Shown here in pieces: positions 61,430 through 64,000 of a stretch of DNA of 64,000 bases; position 1 is the first letter of the stretch, and every line of letters begins with the position of its first letter. Made by a program: the position numbers and the translations under genes. The DNA lies in NCBI GenBank assembly GCA_963665145.1, contig OY762064.1, positions 1,480,479 to 1,544,478 on the forward strand, in the 5' to 3' direction. The DNA is from Gammaproteobacteria bacterium. GTDB lineage: Bacteria > Pseudomonadota > Gammaproteobacteria > Steroidobacterales > Foliamicaceae. The notes beneath the pieces were generated by a model, which did no database searches, was not told the DNA's origin, and was given only the letters and a program-made list of their open reading frames with translations.

Positions 61430-62025
61430 AGTTTGCTCCCCGCCTTGTCCATGCGCCGCTTCGCCTTGCGAATGCGCTTCATCGCTTGCGCAATCGCGTT
61501 CTCCACCTGTTTCACCGTCATACCCATCTCCAGCGCAATGTCCTCGTAGCGCAGGTTGCTGAAGCGATGCAGAACAAATGCCTGCCGCCAGGTCGGGCGC
61601 ATTTCCATAATCACGCTCTTCATGACTTCCAATTCCATCTGCGCGGCAACGATCTGCTCCGGAGTGCGCTCATCGACCGGTTCGACCTCGGGTCCCGCCT
61701 GCTCACTGGAGTACGTCCTGCGCAAGGTCGACTTGCGCTGCAGATCCACCAGCATGTTGTTGGCCATGGTCAGCAGGTAGGCACGGTTGCTGCCGGTCGA
61801 TTCGGACGTCTTCTTCTCAAGGGCCTCTACGCTCATCAGCCGGGTGAACAATTCCTGGATCAGTTCTTCGATATCCTGGTCCGGGACCAGCCGCCCTTTA
61901 AGGAACAGGCGCAAGGCCCGCGCGTGCTCCTCGAAGAGCTGCTCGACAAGCCGTCTGCGCCCTTTCCTCTCGCGAGTAGCCAGGTCGATGACGTTGTCAT
62001 TCGCCCGTGTGTACGCAGCGTTGAT
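61423..62025 (-). CDS. ECF sigma-70 factor (FecI-like); probable ATC start
   Basis: LFEEHARALRLFL, DIEELIQELF, AYLLTMANNMLVD, region 4 QAFVLHRFSNLRYEDIALEMGMTVKQVE. AAGGAGG lies 6 nt before the in-frame ATC 62025. Confidence 0.88.
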   Translation of the reverse strand: MNAAYTRANDNVIDLATRERKGRRRLVEQLFEEHARALRLFLKGRLVPDQDIEELIQELFTRLMSVEALEKKTSESTGSNRAYLLTMANNMLVDLQRKSTLRRTYSSEQAGPEVEPVDERTPEQIVAAQMELEVMKSVIMEMRPTWRQAFVLHRFSNLRYEDIALEMGMTVKQVENAIAQAMKRIRKAKRRMDKAGSKLC

Positions 62026-62141
62026 GGAAGTCCTCCTTAACTCAATTAACGGATAAGAATAACTTTCCCCTGAGTTTGGCCGGAGGAATCTGCCGGGAGG
62101 GAGGGATTGCGGCCCTGGCATGCGAACCTGAACAAACGCCA

Positions 62142-62378
62142 GGTCAAGGCGCCGAAGGCGTACTTGCGGAACTCGACCTGTACGCCCGCAAGGGAAACGA
62201 GCGGCTGGGCATCGAAGTCAAATTATCGTCGGCACCGGCAGTCACGCCTTCCATGCGTCATGCTCTGCGCGACCTGAACCTCGACGAACTCATGGTCGTG
62301 CATGCCGGTGATTCCTCCTGTCCGCTGGCCGAGCGAATTCGCGCCGTATCGGCACACGGGCTGATTACCGACCTGTAG
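62142..62378 (+). pseudogene. C-terminal remnant of a DUF4143-type AAA ATPase
   Basis: AELDLYARKGNERLGIEVKLSSAPAVTPSMRHALRDLNLDELMVVHAG resembles DUF4143 ATPase C-termini; no ATPase domain upstream. Confidence 0.65.
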
Positions 62379-62389
62379 CCGGCAAGGAG

Positions 62390-63661
62390 CTATTGCCGGA
62401 TACGGTCCAATTGGCTCTGCAGAATCTCCCGGAATCGGGTAACGCCATCCTTCCCTTCCAGCGATTCCAGTGTGGCCTCGAGCACATTCTCGGCTTCCGC
62501 CGCATCGCCTCTTGATGCCAGCAGCGAGGAGTAACTCAAAGCCCCTCCCCACGAGCCCGGTTCCAGCTCGTAGGCTTCACGGGCGTATTGCAGGGCCAGG
62601 TCCTGGTGCTGCTGTTCGGGCGATTGCTGAAGATACCGTGCGGCTGAGCGCAGAGCCCCGGCCCGGTTCACCCCCGGTCGGCCGAGCCTCTCGTTGACAT
62701 GGGAAAGCAGTTCCTCCCAGAGTCCGGCAGCTGCAAGGTATTCGCCCCGTGACCGGGCGGCCAATGAGTCGTATAGCAGCTCGCTGTCCGGCTCAAGCGC
62801 CGCAATGTAGCCGGCGGCGCGCTTCAGCGATCCGTTCAGGTCATCCAGATGGGCAAGATATTGCTCTTCGCCTTTTTGCGCCGCGTCCAGCGTTGCGTAG
62901 TAATTGATCTCCAGCACCAGGCGGGCCAGCGTTATCTCCGGGGCCACGTCGAGGAACTCGTCATAGTTGTCGATGACGAATTCCACCAACCGGTCGCCAC
63001 GCGGTTTCTTTTCCTTGTAGTGCGCAATCAGAGTGAAATCCCGCGGATTGATGAGTTCGGAATAGCCGCGAACCTTGAAATACTCGTCCGCCGCCCGGTC
63101 GATCGCGTCCTTGCGCTGGTAGCGCGCCATCATGTCGCCCTCGAACAGCGCCAGGTCCACTTGCGCGGCCCACAGGTAGTCCTGAACAAACGCAGAATCC
63201 CGCTCGCCTTGCCCGTAGCGGGCCTCCAACCCCGAAAAGCCCGAATCCACGCCCTCGATCAATTGCCCGGCCACCTGCACGAACAGGCTCGGCGGCAGCG
63301 CTCCCACGGCCCGACCCACCACCGTGCCGTCGGCATTGAGATACAGGTACGTGGGGTAGGCGCCCACCTCGTATCGCTCGGAAATGGCCGGCCCGCTGAT
63401 GGACTCGTCCTCGGCGTCCAGCTTCACGTTGACGAAGCGCGCGTTGTAGTACTCGCCCACTTCCTCGCGCGGAAACACCACCGCGTCCATGATTTTGCAG
63501 GGCCCGCACCAGGTGGTGTACACGTCCACGAAGACGTGTTTGTCTTCTTCTTCGGCCCGGGCGAGCGCTTCTTCGAAACTGCCCTCGACGAATTCAATGC
63601 CGCCGGCCAGGACAACGACAGGCGCCAGACAAGCGGCAATCGCTGAGAATACCCTTTTCAT
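62390..63661 (-). CDS. Exported thioredoxin-domain protein with helical/TPR-like C-terminus
   Basis: Signal peptide; IEFVEGSFEEALARAEEEDKHVFVDVYTTWCGPCKIMD; AYPTYLYLN. Confidence 0.85.
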   Translation of the reverse strand: MKRVFSAIAACLAPVVVLAGGIEFVEGSFEEALARAEEEDKHVFVDVYTTWCGPCKIMDAVVFPREEVGEYYNARFVNVKLDAEDESISGPAISERYEVGAYPTYLYLNADGTVVGRAVGALPPSLFVQVAGQLIEGVDSGFSGLEARYGQGERDSAFVQDYLWAAQVDLALFEGDMMARYQRKDAIDRAADEYFKVRGYSELINPRDFTLIAHYKEKKPRGDRLVEFVIDNYDEFLDVAPEITLARLVLEINYYATLDAAQKGEEQYLAHLDDLNGSLKRAAGYIAALEPDSELLYDSLAARSRGEYLAAAGLWEELLSHVNERLGRPGVNRAGALRSAARYLQQSPEQQHQDLALQYAREAYELEPGSWGGALSYSSLLASRGDAAEAENVLEATLESLEGKDGVTRFREILQSQLDRIRQ

Positions 63662-63695
63662 TAGCGGGGTCCGTTCAAGGTTTCGCGGAGTGACA

Positions 63696-64000
63696 TTAGA
63701 ACAGGTCGTAGCTCTTTCGTACCTCGAGGTGGATAACACGGCCGCGCGTATCAACACGGCGCGGGTCCCACGGCGTCCCGAAACCGTCGAAGAAGGGGAA
63801 CTCGCTATTGGTGACATTCCGCGCTCCCGCATACACTTTCCAGCCGCTGTCACCGAACTCGTAACTGCCGGTAAGGTCGAAGGTCAGGTAGTTCTCCACG
63901 CGGTCCTGCGGAGAAAACGTCAACCCTGCATAGCTGCTGGAATAATTGGCCGTCAGATTCAACGTTGCATTGCCCAGCGCCCAGTTCACGTAACCGCTGC
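63696..64000 (-). CDS. TonB-dependent receptor, C-terminal fragment (gene continues beyond window)
   Basis: YLTFDLTGSY, YAGARNVTNSEFP, DPRRVDTRGRVIHLEVRKSYDLF; same C-terminal style as the two neighbouring TBDRs. Confidence 0.85.
   Translation of the reverse strand, partial: SGYVNWALGNATLNLTANYSSSYAGLTFSPQDRVENYLTFDLTGSYEFGDSGWKVYAGARNVTNSEFPFFDGFGTPWDPRRVDTRGRVIHLEVRKSYDLF

Noticed and set aside
62026-62121. ATG 62121 as the sigma-factor start
   Set aside because: It adds a Pro-rich tail, has no SD, overlaps the ATPase remnant ORF, and runs through a perfect SD positioned for ATC 62025.

Overview
GC-rich bacterial chromosomal segment, probably from a proteobacterium (inferred from the MetH, MetF, PrmC and FecIR types); no rRNA, tRNA, CRISPR array, transposase or integrase was recognised. 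It has three parts. (1) 1-19.2 kb: FAD oxidoreductase, a serine-hydrolase/DUF3089 fusion, a TonB-dependent receptor (TBDR), an alpha/beta hydrolase, a methionine cluster (metB-like, prmC, metH, metF), MFS and MacB-type permeases, a sulfatase and a GMC oxidoreductase. (2) 19.3-34.7 kb: a periplasmic catabolic island with five divergent Tat-signal DUF1838-like paralogs, a Tat nitrilase-fold protein, a Tat flavin amine oxidase, hydrolases (one apparently catalytically dead) and a second TBDR. (3) 34.7-64 kb: a ~29 kb run of genes that are all on the minus strand apart from one gene remnant. In transcription order: TBDR (partial), thioredoxin, ECF sigma, FecR, signalling TBDR, paralogous TBDR, two tandem retropepsin-fold/TPR proteins with degenerate catalytic motifs, membrane protein, MoxR, DUF58, BatA/VWA, VWA-GATase, a ~2200-aa TPR protein and a TlpA redoxin. 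This third locus is the best candidate for an undescribed system. Smaller signals include a 26-bp REP-like hairpin family, three genes that appear to need near-cognate start codons (CTG, ATA, ATC) and several probable pseudoenzymes. All family assignments come from motif recognition by eye; no database search was run.
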